DNA of 64,000 bases. Origin: Eledone cirrhosa (lineage: Eukaryota). The stretch is from contig OZ024754.1 of NCBI GenBank assembly GCA_964016885.1, positions 23,808,001 to 23,872,000 on the forward strand, given 5' to 3'. The first letter of the stretch is position 1. Each line of letters begins with the position of its first letter. Positions 25,537 to 41,300 of this stretch are shown one piece after another. Under the pieces are notes generated by a model. The model ran no database searches and was not told the origin of the DNA. It saw nothing but the letters and a program-made list of their open reading frames with translations. The position numbers and the translations under genes were made by a program.

Positions 25537-28500
25537 TCTAACCCAAACCCTAACCTATCCCTAACCCTAACCCAAACCGTAACCCTAACCCTAACACAAA
25601 TTTCAACACCAACCCTAGCCCTAACCCTAACCCAAACTCCAACCCTAAACCTAACCATAACCCGAACCCAACCGTAGCATTAACACTAAACCTAACCCTC
25701 AACACCAACTCTAAGACTAAACCTAACCCAAACCCCAAGCGTAACCCTAACCCTAACCCTGACCTTAACCCTAACCCTTACCCTAAACCAAACCCTAACC
25801 CAGACCCTAACACTAACGCTAACCATAACCTTAATCCTAACCCTATCCCTAACCCAAACCCAAACCCCAATCCTAACCCTAATCCTAACCCTAATTCTAA
25901 CCGTTAACCTAACCCTAACACAACCCCTAACCCTAACCCTAACCCTAACCCTAACCCAAATCCTAACCCTAACACTAACACTAATCCAAACCCCAAACCT
26001 AACACCAACCATAACCCTAACTCCCACCCCAACACCAACCCCAACCCCAACCCCAATCCAAACACTAACCCTAACCCTAACACTAACACTAACCCCAACC
26101 ACAACCCCAACCCCAACCCCAATCCTAACCCTAAACCTAACCCTAACCCTAACCCTAACACTAACACTAACCCTATCTCTAACCCTAAACCTAACCCAAA
26201 CACTAAACCTAACCCTAACCCTAACCTTAACCCTAACCCTAATCTTTATCCTAACCCTAAATCTAACCCTAACACTAACCCTAACCCTAACCCTAACCGT
26301 AAACCTAAACCTAACCCTAACCCTAACCCTAACCCTTGCCCTAACCCTAACCCTAACACTAACCCTAACACTAGACCAAAGCCAAACCCAGACCAAAACA
26401 CTAATCCTAAACCTAACCCAAAACCAAACCCTCAGCCTAACCTAACCCAGGGCTAACCCTAACAATAACTCTAACCATAACTCTAAGCCCAACATTAACC
26501 CCAACCCTAACCCAACCCTAACCCCAACCCTAACCCTAACCCTAACCAAAACCCTAACCCTAACACTAACCCTAGCACTAATCCTAACCCTAAACCTAAC
26601 CCTAACCCCAACCCTAATACTAACCCAAGCCCTGACCCCAACCCTAACCCTAACCCTAAATCTAACCCTAACCTTAAACATAACCCTAACCCTAACCCGA
26701 ACCTAACCCTAATACTAACCCTAACCCTAAACCTGACCCCAAAACTAACCCTAACCCTAACCCAAACCCTAACACTAACCATAACCCTAACTCTAACACT
26801 AACCCTAACACTAAACCAAACCCAAACCCAAACCCAAACACTAACCCTAATCCTAAACCTAACACAAAACCAAACCCTAACCCTAAACCTAACCCTAAAC
26901 CTAACCCAAACTCAAACCCTAACCCTAACCCTAACCCGAACCCTAACCATAACCCTAACCCAAACCCTAACCCTAACTTTAACCCTAACCCTTGCTTTAA
27001 ACCAAACCCTAACCCAAACCCTAACACTAACACTAACCCAAACACTAATCCTAACCCTAACCCTAACATAAACACTAACCCTAACCCTAGCCCTAACCCT
27101 AACCCTAACTCTAACACTAAACCTATCCCTAACCCTAACCCAAACCCTAACCCTAAACCTATCCCTAACACAAACCCAAACCCCATTACTAACCCTAAAC
27201 CTAACCCTAACCCTCACCCAAACCCTAACCCTAACACAAACCCAAACCCTAACCCTAAGCCTAAACCTAATCCTAACACTAATTCTAACCGTAAACCTAA
27301 ACCTAACACAAACCCTAACCCTAACCCTAACCCTAACCCTAATCCAAACCCCAAACCTAACACTGACCGTAATTCTAACTCCCGCCCCAAAACCAACCCG
27401 AACCCCAACACTAACCCTAACCCTAACACTAACACTAACCCCAACCACAAACCCAACCCCAACCCCAATCCTAACCCTAACCCTAACCCTAACCCTAACA
27501 CTAACACTAACCCTAATTCTAATCCTAAACCTAACCCAAACACTAACCCTAACCCTAACCTTAACCCTAATCCTAACACTAACCCTAACCCTAACCCTAA
27601 CCCTAACCCTAATCCTAACCGTAAACCTAAACCTAACCCTAACCCTAACCCTAGCCCTAAACCTAACCCTAACACTAATCCTAACACTAAACCAAAGCCA
27701 AACCCAAACCAAAACACTAATCCTAAACCTAACACAAAACCAAACCCTAACCCTAACCTAACCCCAAACCTAACCCTAACCATAACTCTAACCACAACAC
27801 TAACCCCAACACTAACCCCCACCCTAACCCCAAACCTAACCCCAACCCTAATCTAACCCTAACAAAAACACTAACCCTTACCCTAACACTAATCGTAACC
27901 CTAACCCTAACCCTAACCCTATCCCTAAATCTAACCCTAAATCTAACCCTAACCCTAAACCTAAACATAACACTAACCCTAACCCGAACCCTAACCCTAA
28001 ACCTAAGCCTAACCATATCCCAAACACAAACCCTAACCCTAAAAGTAACCCTAACACTAACCCAAGCCCTAACACAAACCATAACCCTAAACCTAACACT
28101 AGCCCTAACACTAAGCCAAACCCAAACCCAAACACTAATCCTAACCCTAAACCTAACCCAAAATCAAACCCTAACCCTAAATCTAACCCTAACCCTAACC
28201 CAAACCCAAACCATAACCCTAACACTAACCCTAATCTAACCCTAACCCTAATCCAAAACCTAACCCTAAACCTAACACTAGCCCTAACCCTAACCCTAAC
28301 CCAAAACATAACCCTAAACCTAACCTTAACTCTAACCCTAACCGAAACCCTAACCCAAACCCGAACCACAACCCAAACACTAACTCTAACGCTAACCCAA
28401 AACCTAACCCTAACCCTAACCCTAACCCAAAACCTATCCCTAAACCTAATCTCAACCCTAACACCAAACCTAACACTAACCGTAACCGTAACCCTAACTC

Positions 28501-28566
28501 TAACCTCAACCCTAACCCCCACGCTAACCCCTACCCCAACCCCAAACCCAAACCTAACTCTAACCC
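25537..28566 (-). repeat. Degenerate telomeric array 2
   Basis: As array 1; its variant pattern recurs at ~48530-51470. Confidence 0.97.
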
Positions 28567-30065
28567 TTTTACGAGTTCCGACGCCACCGCTGCTACTGCA
28601 ACCCACCAACCAGTGGGCGCGCCAACTTTTACGACGAGTCCAGTCGCTCGATCGCTCGGCCAGTTTGCGAGGTTCCACCAATGACCCTCAAAGTCGCTTT
28701 CGATGAGCATCGAAAGCGAGAGTTCGCGGTAAATGCAATAGAGCCTTGGGATCCGTCTCCTGGCTCGAGAGGCGCGTGTGTCTTTCACGCCGCCGATCTA
28801 TCGTCCGTCTTCCGAGTTAGTTTACGTGCGGCTGTGCGTGTGACACTCCGTCGTGTATCTTCCAAGTTAGTTTTGCGTGTCTCTATGTGTTGCACGCCGC
28901 CGCCGATCCGACGTCTGTCTTCCAAGTTAGTTTTACGTGCGGCTGTGCGTGTAACACTCTGTCGTCCGTCTTCCTAGTTTTACGTGTAGACGACGTGTGT
29001 GTGTCTATGTGTGTTACACGCCGACAATCCGTCGTCCGTCTTCCAAGTTAGTTTTACATGTAGACGGCGTGTGTGTGTTACACGCCGCCGATCCGTCGTC
29101 CGTCTTCCAAGTTAGTTTTACGTGTAGACGGATTCTGTGTGTGTTACACGCCGCCAATCGGTCGTCTGTCTTCCAAGTTAGTTTTACGTGTAGCCGGCGG
29201 GAAGGAATACAATCCGTCGGCTAGGCGGTTCCGCCGCCGACCCGTACGCTTGGGAGTAGGCGCCGGGAAAGGCAGGTGGCAAGGTGGCGTGTATGCGCGA
29301 CACGACGCACTCCGCCTTCCACCCACTAAACGTTCCCTTATTCGTCCACCCCTCTCGCTTCGGTAGCGAGAAGGAACGCAATCCGCCGGCGAGGGGGTTC
29401 CGCCGCCGACCCGTAAAGTTGCGTGTAGGCAACGAGGAAACCGACCGCTCACGGTTATATCTCCTCGGTCAGGGGATCCTGTCTATTATATAGGGTAAGC
29501 TTGATCGGACGAGCTCGAAGAAAACGGTTACGGGTGCTATCCGTTGCGGCTTATGAATATTCCGTTTTCAAGACGGGTACGTGCCGGCTTACACTATGCG
29601 ATGTCGGCTGTCTCCGCCTCGAATGATATGCCGACCTGTACTCGTCCGCGCCGCCTGCACGTTAACGCCCGTGTTCCGCCTCCGATGCGTGTTCCGCTGT
29701 TGATGCGTCCCGAGTCGGCCGCCGCCGATCCGTGTGGCTGCAAGGGAATCCAGCCGACGACGACCCCCGAACGGCGGCGTGGTGAAGCTTCTTAGACGCG
29801 ACGACAACACGCCGATATTTAGCCTCCTTCGGGGAGACCTCGTGTAGACGGCGGAAAAGAATCCAACCCGCCGCCTAAGCGGTTCCGCCGCAGACCCGTA
29901 CGTTTACGAGTCGCTGCAGGGAAAGGCAGACGGCAAGGCGGCGTGTATACGCGAAAAGACGCCTTCCGCCTTCCATCCGGTAAACGTTCCCTTATTCGTC
30001 TATGCCTCCACGCTTCGATCGCGAGAAAGAACGCAACCCGCCGGCCAGGCGATTCCGCCGCCGAC
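28567..30065 (+). repeat. IGS island 2 with putative Pol I spacer promoter (TATATAGGG 29487-29495)
   Basis: Same ends as island 1 plus one extra long subrepeat. Confidence 0.9.
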
Positions 30066-33000
30066 TCTAACCCTATCCCTAACCCTATCCCTAACCCTAA
30101 CACAAACCCTAACCCTAACCCTAACCCTGACCCAAACCCAAACCCATACCCTAACACTAACCCAAAAGGAAACCTTAACCGCAAGCCTAACGTTAAACCT
30201 AACACTAACCCTAACACAAATTTCAATACCAACCCTAGCCCTAACCCTAACCCTAACCCTAACCCTAACCCGAACCCTAACCCTAAACTCAACTCTCACA
30301 TAACACTAACCCCAACCCTAACCCTAACCCTAATCCTAACCCTAACACTAACCCTAGCCCTAACCCTAACCCAAAACATAACCCTAACCCTAAAACTAAC
30401 CCTAACCCAAAACCTAACCCTAACCCTAACCCTAACCCCAACCCTAACCGCAAACCTAACACTAACGTAACCCTAACCCTAACACTAACCCAACCCTAAA
30501 CCCTTCGCTAAACACAACCCCAACCCCAACCCGAAACTTAACCCTAAACGTAATCCTAACCCTAACCATAACATTAACACTAACCTTAACTCTAACCCTA
30601 ATCCTAACCCAAACCCTAACCCTAATCCTAACCCTAACCCTAACCCTAACCCAAACCCTAACCCTAACCCTAACACTAACGCTAACCCTAAAGTTAAAGC
30701 AAACCCAAACCCAAAACCTAGCACTAACCCAAGCTGAAACACTAACCCTAACCCTAAAACTAACGCTAACCCTAAACATAACCCTAACCCAAACCTCAAC
30801 ACCAACCCTAACCCTAAACCCAACCCTAACCCAAACTCTAACCCTAACCCTAACCCAAACTCTAACCCTAACCCTAACCCTAACCCAAATCCAAACCCTA
30901 ACCCAAACCCTAAAGCTAAACCAAACCCTAACCCAAACCCTAAATCTAACCCTAACACTAAACCTAATCCTAACCCTAACCCTAACATAAACACTAACCC
31001 TAAACATAACCCTAACCCTAACCCAAAATCAAACTCAAACCCTAACACAAACCATAACCATAACCCTAACCCTAACCCTAACCCTAACCCTAACCCAAAT
31101 CCAAACCCTAACACTAGCCCGAACCGAAACACTAACCCTAACCCTAACCCTAATGCAAACAGTAACCCTAACCCAAACATCAACACGAATCCTAACCCTA
31201 ACCCTAACCCTAACCCTAACCCAAACCCCAACCCCAACACCACCTAACCCTAACCCTAATCCGAACCCTAACCCAAAGCCTGACCCTAACACAAACCCAA
31301 ACCCTAACCCTAACCCTAATCCTAACCCTAACCCTAACCGTAAACCTAACCCTAACCCAAAATCAAACTCAAACCCTAACACAAACCATAACCCTAACCC
31401 TAACCCGAACCCTAACCCTAAACTCAACTCTCACACAACACTAACCCCAACCCTAACCCTAACCCTAATCCTAACCCTAACACTAACCCTAGCCCTAACC
31501 CTAACCCAAAACATAACCCTAACCCTAAAACTAACCCTAACCCAAAACCTAACCCTAACCCTAACCCTAACCCCAACCCTAACCGCAAACCTAACACTAA
31601 CGTAACCCTAACCCTAACACTAACCCAACCCTAAACCCTTCGCTAAACACAACCCCAACCCCAACCCGAAACCTAACCCTAAACGTAATCCTAACCCTAA
31701 CCATAACATTAACACTAACCTTAACTCTAACCCTAATCCTAACCCAAACCCTAACCCTAATCCTAACCCTAACCCTAACCCTAACCAAACCCTAACCCTA
31801 ACACTAACGCTAACCCTAAAGTTAAAGCAAACCCAAACCCAAAACCTAGCACTAACCCAAGCTGAAACACTAACCCTAACCCTAAAACTAACGCTAACCC
31901 TAAACATAACCCTAACCCAAACCTCAACACCAACCCTAACCCTAAACCCAACCCTAACCCAAACTCTAACCCTAACCCTAACCCAAACTCTAACCCTAAC
32001 CCTAACCCTAACCCAAATCCAAACCCTAACCCAAACCCTAAAGCTAAACCAAACCGTAACCCAAACCCTAAATCTAACCCTAACACTAAACCTAATCCTA
32101 ACACTAACCCTAACATAAACACTAACCCTAAACATAACCCTAACCCTAACCCAAAATCAAACTCAAACCCTAACACAAACCATAACCATAACCCTAACCC
32201 TAACCCTAACCCTAACCCTAACCCAAATCCAAATCCAAACCCTAACACTAGCCCGAACCGAAACACTAACCCTAACCCTAACCCTAATGCAAACAGTAAC
32301 CCTAACCCAAACATCAACACGAATCCTAACCCTAACCCTAACCCTAACCCTAACCCAAACCCCAACCCCAACACCACCTAACCCTAACCCTAATCCGAAC
32401 CCTAACCCAAAGCCTAACCCTAACACAAACCCAAACCCTAACCCTAACCCTAATCCTAACCCTAACCCTAACCGTAAACCTAACCCTAACCCAAAATCAA
32501 ACTCAAACCCTAACACAAACCATAACCCTAACCCTAACCCTAACCCTAACCCTAACCCTAACCCAAATCCAAACCCAAACCCTAACACTAGCCCGAACCG
32601 AAACACTAACCCTAAACCTAACCCTAATGCAAACAGTAACCCTAACCCAGACATCAACACGAACCCTAACCCTAACGCTAACCCCAACCCCAACCCCAAC
32701 ACCACCTAACCCTAACCCTAATCCGAACCCTAACCCTAACTCTAACCCAAACGCAAACCCAAAACCTAACCCTAAACCTAACTCTAACCCTACACCAAAC
32801 TCTAAACCTATCCCTAACCCTAACCCCAACCCTAACTCCAAACCTAACACTAACCGTAACCCTAACTTTAACTCTAACCCCAACCCTAAACACTACGCTA
32901 ACCTCAAACCCAACTCCAACCTCAACCCCAAATCTAATCCTAACCCTAAACGTAACATTAACCATAATACTAACACTAACACAAACCCTAACACTAACCG

Positions 33001-33737
33001 TAACCCTAACCCAAACCCTAACCCTAACCCTAACCCTAACCCTAACCCAAATCCAAACCCAAACACTAACACAAACCCAAACCGGAACCCTAACAATAAC
33101 CCTAACCCTAACCCTAACGCTAACCCTAATCCTAACCCTAACACAAACCACAACACCAACCCTAACCCTAACCGTAACCCTAACCCTAACACAAACCCTA
33201 AACCTAACCCTAACAATAACCCTATGCCTAACCCACACCCAAACCCAAACCCTATCCCTAACCGAAACCGAAACACTAAGCCTAACCCTAACCCTAACGC
33301 AAACCCTAACCCTAACCCTAACCCAAACCTCAACATCAACCCTAACCCTAACCCTAACCATAACCCTAACCCTAACCGAAACCCTAAACCTAACCCTGAC
33401 CCTAACCCAAACCCTAACCCAAATTTAACCCCAACCCTAACCCCAACGCTAAGCCTAACACTAACCCTAACCCTAACCCTAACCCAAACCCTAACCATAA
33501 CACAAACCCAAACACTAACCCTAACCCTAATCCTAACTCTAACCCTAACCGTAAACCTAACTCTAAACCAAACCCTAACCCTAACCCTAACCCTAACCCA
33601 AATCCTAACCCTAACCCTAACCCTAATCCAAACCCCAAACCTAACACTAACTGTAACCCTAACCCTAATTATAACCCCAACCCTAACCCCCACGCTAAAC
33701 CCAACCCCAACCCCAACCCCAAACCTAACTCTATCCC
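30066..33737 (-). repeat. Degenerate telomeric array 3
   Basis: Contains a ~1135-bp tandem duplication (~30380 vs ~31515). Confidence 0.97.
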
Positions 33738-35308
33738 TTTTACGAGTTCCGCCGCCACCGCTGCTACTGCTACCCACCAACCAGTCCGCGCGCCAACTTT
33801 TACGACGAGTTCAGTCGCTCGATCGCTCGGCCAGTTTGCGAGGTTCCACCAACGACCCGCAAAGTCGCTTTCGATGAACATCGAAAGCGAGAGTTCACGG
33901 TAAATGCAATAGAGCCTTGGGATCCGTCTCCTTGTTCGAGAGGCGAGGGTGTCTTTCACGCCGCCGATCCATCGTCCGTCTTCCGAGTTAGTTTACGTGC
34001 GGCTGTGCGTGTGACACTCCGTCGTTTATCTTCCAAGTTAGTTTTGCGTGTCTCTATGTGTTGCACGCCGCCGCCGATCCGTCGTCTGTCTTCCAAGTTA
34101 GTTTTACGTGCTGCTGTGCGTGTAACACTCTGTCGTCCGTCTTCCCAGTTTTACGTGTAGACGACGTGTGTGTGTCTATGTGTGTTAGACGCCGACAATC
34201 CGTCATCCGACTTCGAAGTTAGTTTTACATGTAGACGGTGTGTATGTGTTACACGCCGCCGATCCGTCGTCCGTCTTCCAAGTTAGTTTTACGTGTAGAC
34301 GGGGTCTGTGTGTGTTACACGCCGCCGATCCGTCGTCCGTCTTCCAAGTTAGTTTTACGTGTAGACGGGGTCTGTGTGTGTTACACGCCGCCGATCCGTC
34401 GTCCGTCTTCCAAGTTAGTTTTACGTGTAGCCGGCGGGAAGGAATACAATCCGCCGGATAGGCGGTTCCGCCTCCGACCCGTACGCTTGCGAGTAGGCGC
34501 CGGGAAAGGCAGGCGGCAAGGTGGCGAGTATGCGCGACACGACGCACTCCGCCTTCCGCCTTCCACCCAGTAAACGTTCCCTTATTCGTCCACGCCTCCC
34601 GCTTCGATAGCGAGAAAGAACGCAATCCGCCGGCGAGGGGGTTCCGCCGCCAACCCGTAAAGTTGCGTGTAGGCAACGAGGAAACCGACCGCTCACGGTT
34701 ATATCTCCTCGGTCAGGGGATCCTGTCTATTATATAGGGTAAGCTTGATCGGACGAGCTCGAAGAAAACGGTTACGGGTGCTATCCGTTGCGGCTCATGA
34801 ATATTCCGTTTACAAGACGGGTACGTGCCGGCTTACCCTATGCGATGTCGGCTGTCTCCGCCACGAATGATATGCCGAACTGTACTCGTCCGCGCCGCCT
34901 GCACGTTAACGCCGGTGTTCCGCCTCCGATGCGAGTTCCGCTGTTGATGCGTCCCGAGTCGGCCGCCGCCGACCCATGTGGCTGCAGGGGAATCCAGCCG
35001 ACGACGACCCCGAACGGCGGCGTGGTGAAGCTTCTTAGACGCGACGACAACACGCCGACATTTAGCCTCCTTCGGGGAGACCTCGTGTAGACGGCGGAAA
35101 GGAATCCAACCCGCCGCCTAGGTGGTTCCGCCGCAGACCCGTACGTTTGCGAGTCGCTGCCGGGAAAGGCAAACGGCAAGGCGGCGTGTATACGCGACAA
35201 GAGGCCTTCCGCCTTCCATCCGGTAAATGTTCCCTTATTCGTCCACGCCTCCACGCATCAATCGCGAGAAAGAACGCAACCCGCCGGCGAGGCGATTCCG
35301 CCGCCGAC
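33738..35308 (+). repeat. IGS island 3 with putative Pol I spacer promoter (TATATAGGG 34731-34739)
   Basis: Same ends; near-identical to island 4 at offset 8767. Confidence 0.9.
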
Positions 35309-38300
35309 TCTAAACCGAACCCTAACCCTAACCCTAACCCTAACCCTAACCCTAACCCTAACCCTAACCCTAACCCATACCCTAACACTAACCCAAACCG
35401 AAACCCTAACCGCAAGCCTAACGTTAAACCTAACCTTTACCCTAACTCGAATTTCAACACCAACCCTAGCCCTAACCCTAACCCAAACTCCAACCCTAAA
35501 CCTAACCATAACCCGAACCCAACCGTAACACTAACACTAACCATAACCCTAACCCAAACCCTAACCCAAACCCTGAACCTAACAATAACACTAAACCTAA
35601 TCCTATTCCTTACCCTAACATAAACACAAACCCTAAACATAAACCTAACCCAAACACAAACCCAAACCCTAACACAAACTCTAACCCTAACCCTAACACT
35701 AACCCTGTCCGTAACCATAATCCAAACCCTGACCCTCACCCTAACTCTGACCCAAACCCAAAATAATACCGTAACACTAACCCAAACCGAAACCCTAACC
35801 GTAAGCCTAACGTTAAACCTAACCCTAACCCTAACACAAATTTCAACACCAACCCTAACCCTAACCCAAACTCTAACCCTAAACCGAACCATAACCCAAA
35901 CCCAAACCGTAACACTAACACTAACCCTAACCCTAACCCAAACCCTAACCCAAACACAAAACCAAACCCTAACACAAACCCTAACCATAACACTAACCCA
36001 AACCCTAACACTAACCCAAACCGAAACCCTAACCCTAACACTACCGCGAACCCTAACCCTAACCCTAACCCAAACCTCAACACCAACCCTAACGCCAAAC
36101 CTAAACCCAAACCTAACCCCAACCCTAACCCTAACTCTAACCGTAAACCTAACCCTAACCCAAACCCTAACCCTAACCCTAACCCTAACCCTAACCCTAA
36201 CCCTAACCCTAACCCATACCCTAACACTAACCCAAACCGAAACCCTAACCGCAAGCCTAACGTTAAACCTAACCTTTACCCTAACACGAATTTCAACACC
36301 AACCCTAGTCCTAGCCCTAACCCTAACCCAAACTCCAACCCTAAACCTAACCATAACCCGAACCCAACCGTAACACTAACACTAACCATAACCCTAACCC
36401 AAACGCTAACCCAAACCCTGAACCTAACAATAACACTAAACCTAATCCTATCCCTTACCCTAACATAAACACAAACCCTAAACATAAACCTAACCCTAAC
36501 CCAAACACAAACCCAAACCCTAACACAAACTCTAACCTTAACCCTAACACTAACCCTATCCGTAACCATAATCCAAACCCTGACCCTCACCCTAACTCTG
36601 ACCCAAACCCAAAATAATACCCTAACACTAACCCAAACCGAAACCATAACCGTAAGCCTAACGTTAAACCTAACCCTAACCCTAACACAAATTTCAACAC
36701 CAACCCTAACCCTAACCCAAACTCTAACCCTAAACCGAACCATAACCCAAACCCAAACCGTAACAATAACACTAACCCTAACCCTAACCCAAACCCTAAC
36801 CCAAACACAAAACCAAACCCTAACACAAACCCTAACCATAACACTAACCCAAACCCTAACACTAACCCAAACCGAAACCCTAACCCTAACACTACCGCGA
36901 ACCCTAACCCTAACCCTAACCCAAACCTCAACACCAACCCTAACGCCAAACCTAAACCCAAACCTAACCCCAACCCTAACCCTAACTCTAACCGTAAACC
37001 TAACCCTAACCCAAACCCTAACCCTAACCCAAATCATAACCCTAACACTAACACTAATCCAAACCCCAAACCTAACACTAACCGTAACCCTAACCCTAAC
37101 TCCAACCCCAATTCTAACCCCTACGCTAACCCCAACCCCAACCCGAAACCTAACCCTAACACTAAACCTAACCCTAACCCTAACCCTAACATTAACACTC
37201 ACCCTAACTCTAACCCTAATCCTAACCCAAACCCTAACCCTAACCATAACCCTAACCCTAACCCAAACCCTAACCTAACCCCAAACCTAACCGTAACCAT
37301 AACCCTAACCACAACCCTAAACCTAACCATAACCTTAACCCTAACCCTAACACCTACGCTAACCCCACCCCAACCCCAACCCCAAACCTAACCCTAGCAC
37401 TAAACCTAACCCTAACCCTAACCCTAACATTAACACTCACCCTAACTCTAACCATAACCCTAACCACAACCCTAAACCTAACCCTAACACTAACTCTGAG
37501 CCTAAGCCTAATCCAAACCCTAACACTAACCCTAACCCTAAGCCTAACCCTAACCCAAAACATAACCCTAACCCTAACACTAAATCTAACACAAAGCCTA
37601 ACCCTAACCCTAACGCTAACACCAACCCTAACCCCAAAGCTAACACTAACCGTAACCCTAACCCTAAACTAACCCTAACCCTAACCCTAACATTAACACT
37701 CACCCTAACTCTAACCCTAATCCTAACCATAACCCTCACCCTAATCCAAACCCTAACCCAAACCTAACTGTAACCATAACCCTAACCACAACCCTAAACC
37801 TAACCCTAACCCCAACCCTAACCCTAACCCTAAACCCAAATCTCACCCCAAAACTAACGCCAACACTAGCCCCAACCCTAACCCCAACCCTAACCCCAAC
37901 CCTAGCCAACCCTAACCCTAACCCTAACCAAAACCCTAACCTTAACCCTAACCCTAACCCTAATCCAAACCCTAACCTTAACCCTAACCCTAACCCTAAC
38001 CCTAACCCAAAACATAACCCTAACCCTAACACTAACCCTAACCCAAAGCCTAACCCTAACCCTAACCCTAACACCAACCCTTACCCCAAACCTAACACTA
38101 ACAGTAACCCTAACTTTAGACCTAACCCAAACCCTAACCCTGATTCTAACCCTAACCCTATCCCAAACACAAACCCTAACCTTAACCCTAACACTAACCC
38201 TAATACTAACACAAACCCAAATCCAAACCCTAACACTAGCCCAAACCGAAAGCCTAACCCTAACCATAACACTAACGCAAACACTGACCGTAACCCTAAC

Positions 38301-41300
38301 CGAAACCTCAACACCAGCACTAACCCTAACCCTAACCCAACCCAAAACCTAACCCTAACACTGACCCTAACCCAAACCCTAACCAAAATCTAACCCTAAC
38401 CCTAATCCTAATCCTATCCCTAAATCCCAAAGCTCACCCCAACCCTAACCCCAAACATAACCCTAACCCTAACACTAACCCCAACCCCAACCCCGACCCT
38501 ACCTAACCCTAACGTAACACTAACCCAAACCCTAACCCTAACCCTAACCCTGACCCTAACACTAACCCTAACCCTAACCCTAATCCTAATCCTAACCCAA
38601 ACCCTAAGCCAAACGTTAAACCTATCCCTAACTCTAACCCCAAGCCTAACTCCAAACCTAACACTATCCGTAACACTAACACTAACTCTAACCCCAACCC
38701 TAACCCCTACGCTAACCCCAAACCCAACACCAACACCAACCCCAAACCTAACCGTAAACCTAACCCAAACCCAAACCCAAACCCTAACACTAATCCAAAC
38801 CGAAACCCTAAACCTAACCCTAACCCTAAACCTAACGCTAACCCTAAACCTAACCCAAACCCTAACCCTAACCCTGACCCTAACCCAAACCCTAACCCAA
38901 ATCTAACCCTAACACAAACCCTAGACTTAATCCTAAACCTAACCCCAAATCTAACCCCAACCCTAACCCTAACCCTAGCACTAACCCCAACCCCAACAAC
39001 GACCCCACCTAACCGTAACCCTAACCCTAACCCTAACCCTAATCCTAACCCTAACCCAAACCCTAAGCCAAACATTAAACCTAACTCTAACGCTAACCCA
39101 AAACCTAACCCTAACTCTAACCCTATCCCTAACCCTAAACCCAACCCTAACCCCAAACCTATCACTATCCGTAACACTAACCCTAACTCTAACACCAACC
39201 CTAATCCCTACGCTAACCCCAAACCCAACACCAACCATAACCCTAACCCTAACCCTAACCTTAACCCTAACCCGAACCCTAACACTTACGCTAACCATAA
39301 CCCTCACCCAAACCTCAACACTAAACCTAAGCCTAACCCTAACCCTAACCCAAACTCTAACCATAACTCTAACCCTAACCCAAACCCAAACCCTAACTCT
39401 AACACTAACCCTAACCCAAACCGTAACCCAAACACTAAACCTAACCCTAACACTAAACCTATCCTAACCCTAACCCTAACAAAAAAACACCTAAACATAA
39501 CCCTAACGCTAATCCAAACACAAACCCAAACCCTTACACAAAACCTAACCCTAACACTAACCCTATCCCTAAGCCAAAACCTAACCCAAACCTCAACACC
39601 GACATTAACCCTAACCCTAACCCTAACCCTAAATCCTAACCCTAACCCCAAACCTAACCCCAACCCTAACCCCAAGCTTAACCCTAGCCCTAACACTAAC
39701 CCCAACCCCAACCCTAACCCTAACCCAAAGCCTAACCATAAAACAAACCCAAACCCTAAACCTAACACCAACGCTAAACCTAACCCTAACCCTAACCGTA
39801 AACCTAAGCATAACCCAAACCCTAACACTTGCCCTAATCCTAAACCTAACCCAAATCCTAACACTAACCCTAACCCTAATCCAAATCCCAACCTAACACT
39901 AACCGTCACCCTAACCCTAATTCCAACCATAACCCCTACGTTAACGCCAACCCCAACACCAAACCCAACCACAAACCTAGCCTAAACCCTAAACCTAACC
40001 CTACCCGTAACCCTAACACTAACACTAACTCTAAAACTAACCCTAACCCAAACCCTAGCCCTAACCCTAACCGAAACTCTAACCTAAACCCAAACCTAAC
40101 CCTAACCCTAACCATAACCCTAACCACGATCCTAACCCTAACCTCAACCCTAACCCTAATCCTAAACCCAACTCTAACCCCAACCTAACACCAACCCTAA
40201 TACTAACCCTATCCCAAACCCTAACCCTAACACTAACCCTAACCCTAAATCTAACCCTAATCCAAACCCTAAACATAACCCTAACCCTAACCCTAACCCT
40301 AACCCTAACCCCAAAACTAACCCTAACCCAAAACCTAACCCTAACCCTAACCCTAACCCCAACCCTAACCGCAAACCTAACACTAACGTAACCCTAACCC
40401 TAACACTAACACAACCCTAAACCCTTCGCTAAACACAACCCCAACCCCAACCCGAAACCTAACCCTAAACGTAATCCTAACCCTAACCATAACATTAACA
40501 CTAACCTTAACTCTAACCCTAATCCTAACCCAAACCCTAACCCTAATCCTAACCCTAACCCTAACCCTAACCCAAACCCTAACCCTAACCCTAACACTAA
40601 CGCTAACCCTAAAGTTAAAGCAAACCCAAACCCAAAACCTAGCACTAACCCAAGCTGAAACACTAACCCTAACCCTAAAACTAACGCTAACCCTAAACAT
40701 AACCCTAACCCAAACCTGAACACCAACCCTAACCCTAAACCCAACCCTAACCCAAACTCTAACCCTAACCCTAACCCAAACTCTAACCCTAACCCTAACC
40801 CTAACCCAAATACAAACCCTAACCCAAATCCTAAAGCTAAACCAAACCCTAACCCAAACCCTAAATCTAACCCTAACACTAAACCTAATCCTAACCCTAA
40901 CCCTAACATAAACACTAACCCTAAACATAACCCTAACCCTAACCCAAAATCAAACTCAAACCCTAACACAAACCATAACCATAACCCTAACCCTAACCCT
41001 AACCCTAACCCTAACCCAAATCCAAATCCAAACCCTAACACTAGCCCGAACCGAAACACTAACCCTAACCCTAACCCTAATGCAAACAGTAACCCTAACC
41101 CAAACATCAACACGAATCCTAACCCTAACCCTAACCCTAACCCTAACCCAAACCCCAACCCCAACACCACCTAACCCTAACCCTAATCCTAACCCTAACC
41201 CAAAGCCTAACCCTAACACAAACCCAAACCCTAACCCTAACCCTAATCCTAACCCTAACCCTAACCGTAAACCTAACCCTAACCCAAAATCAAACTCAAA

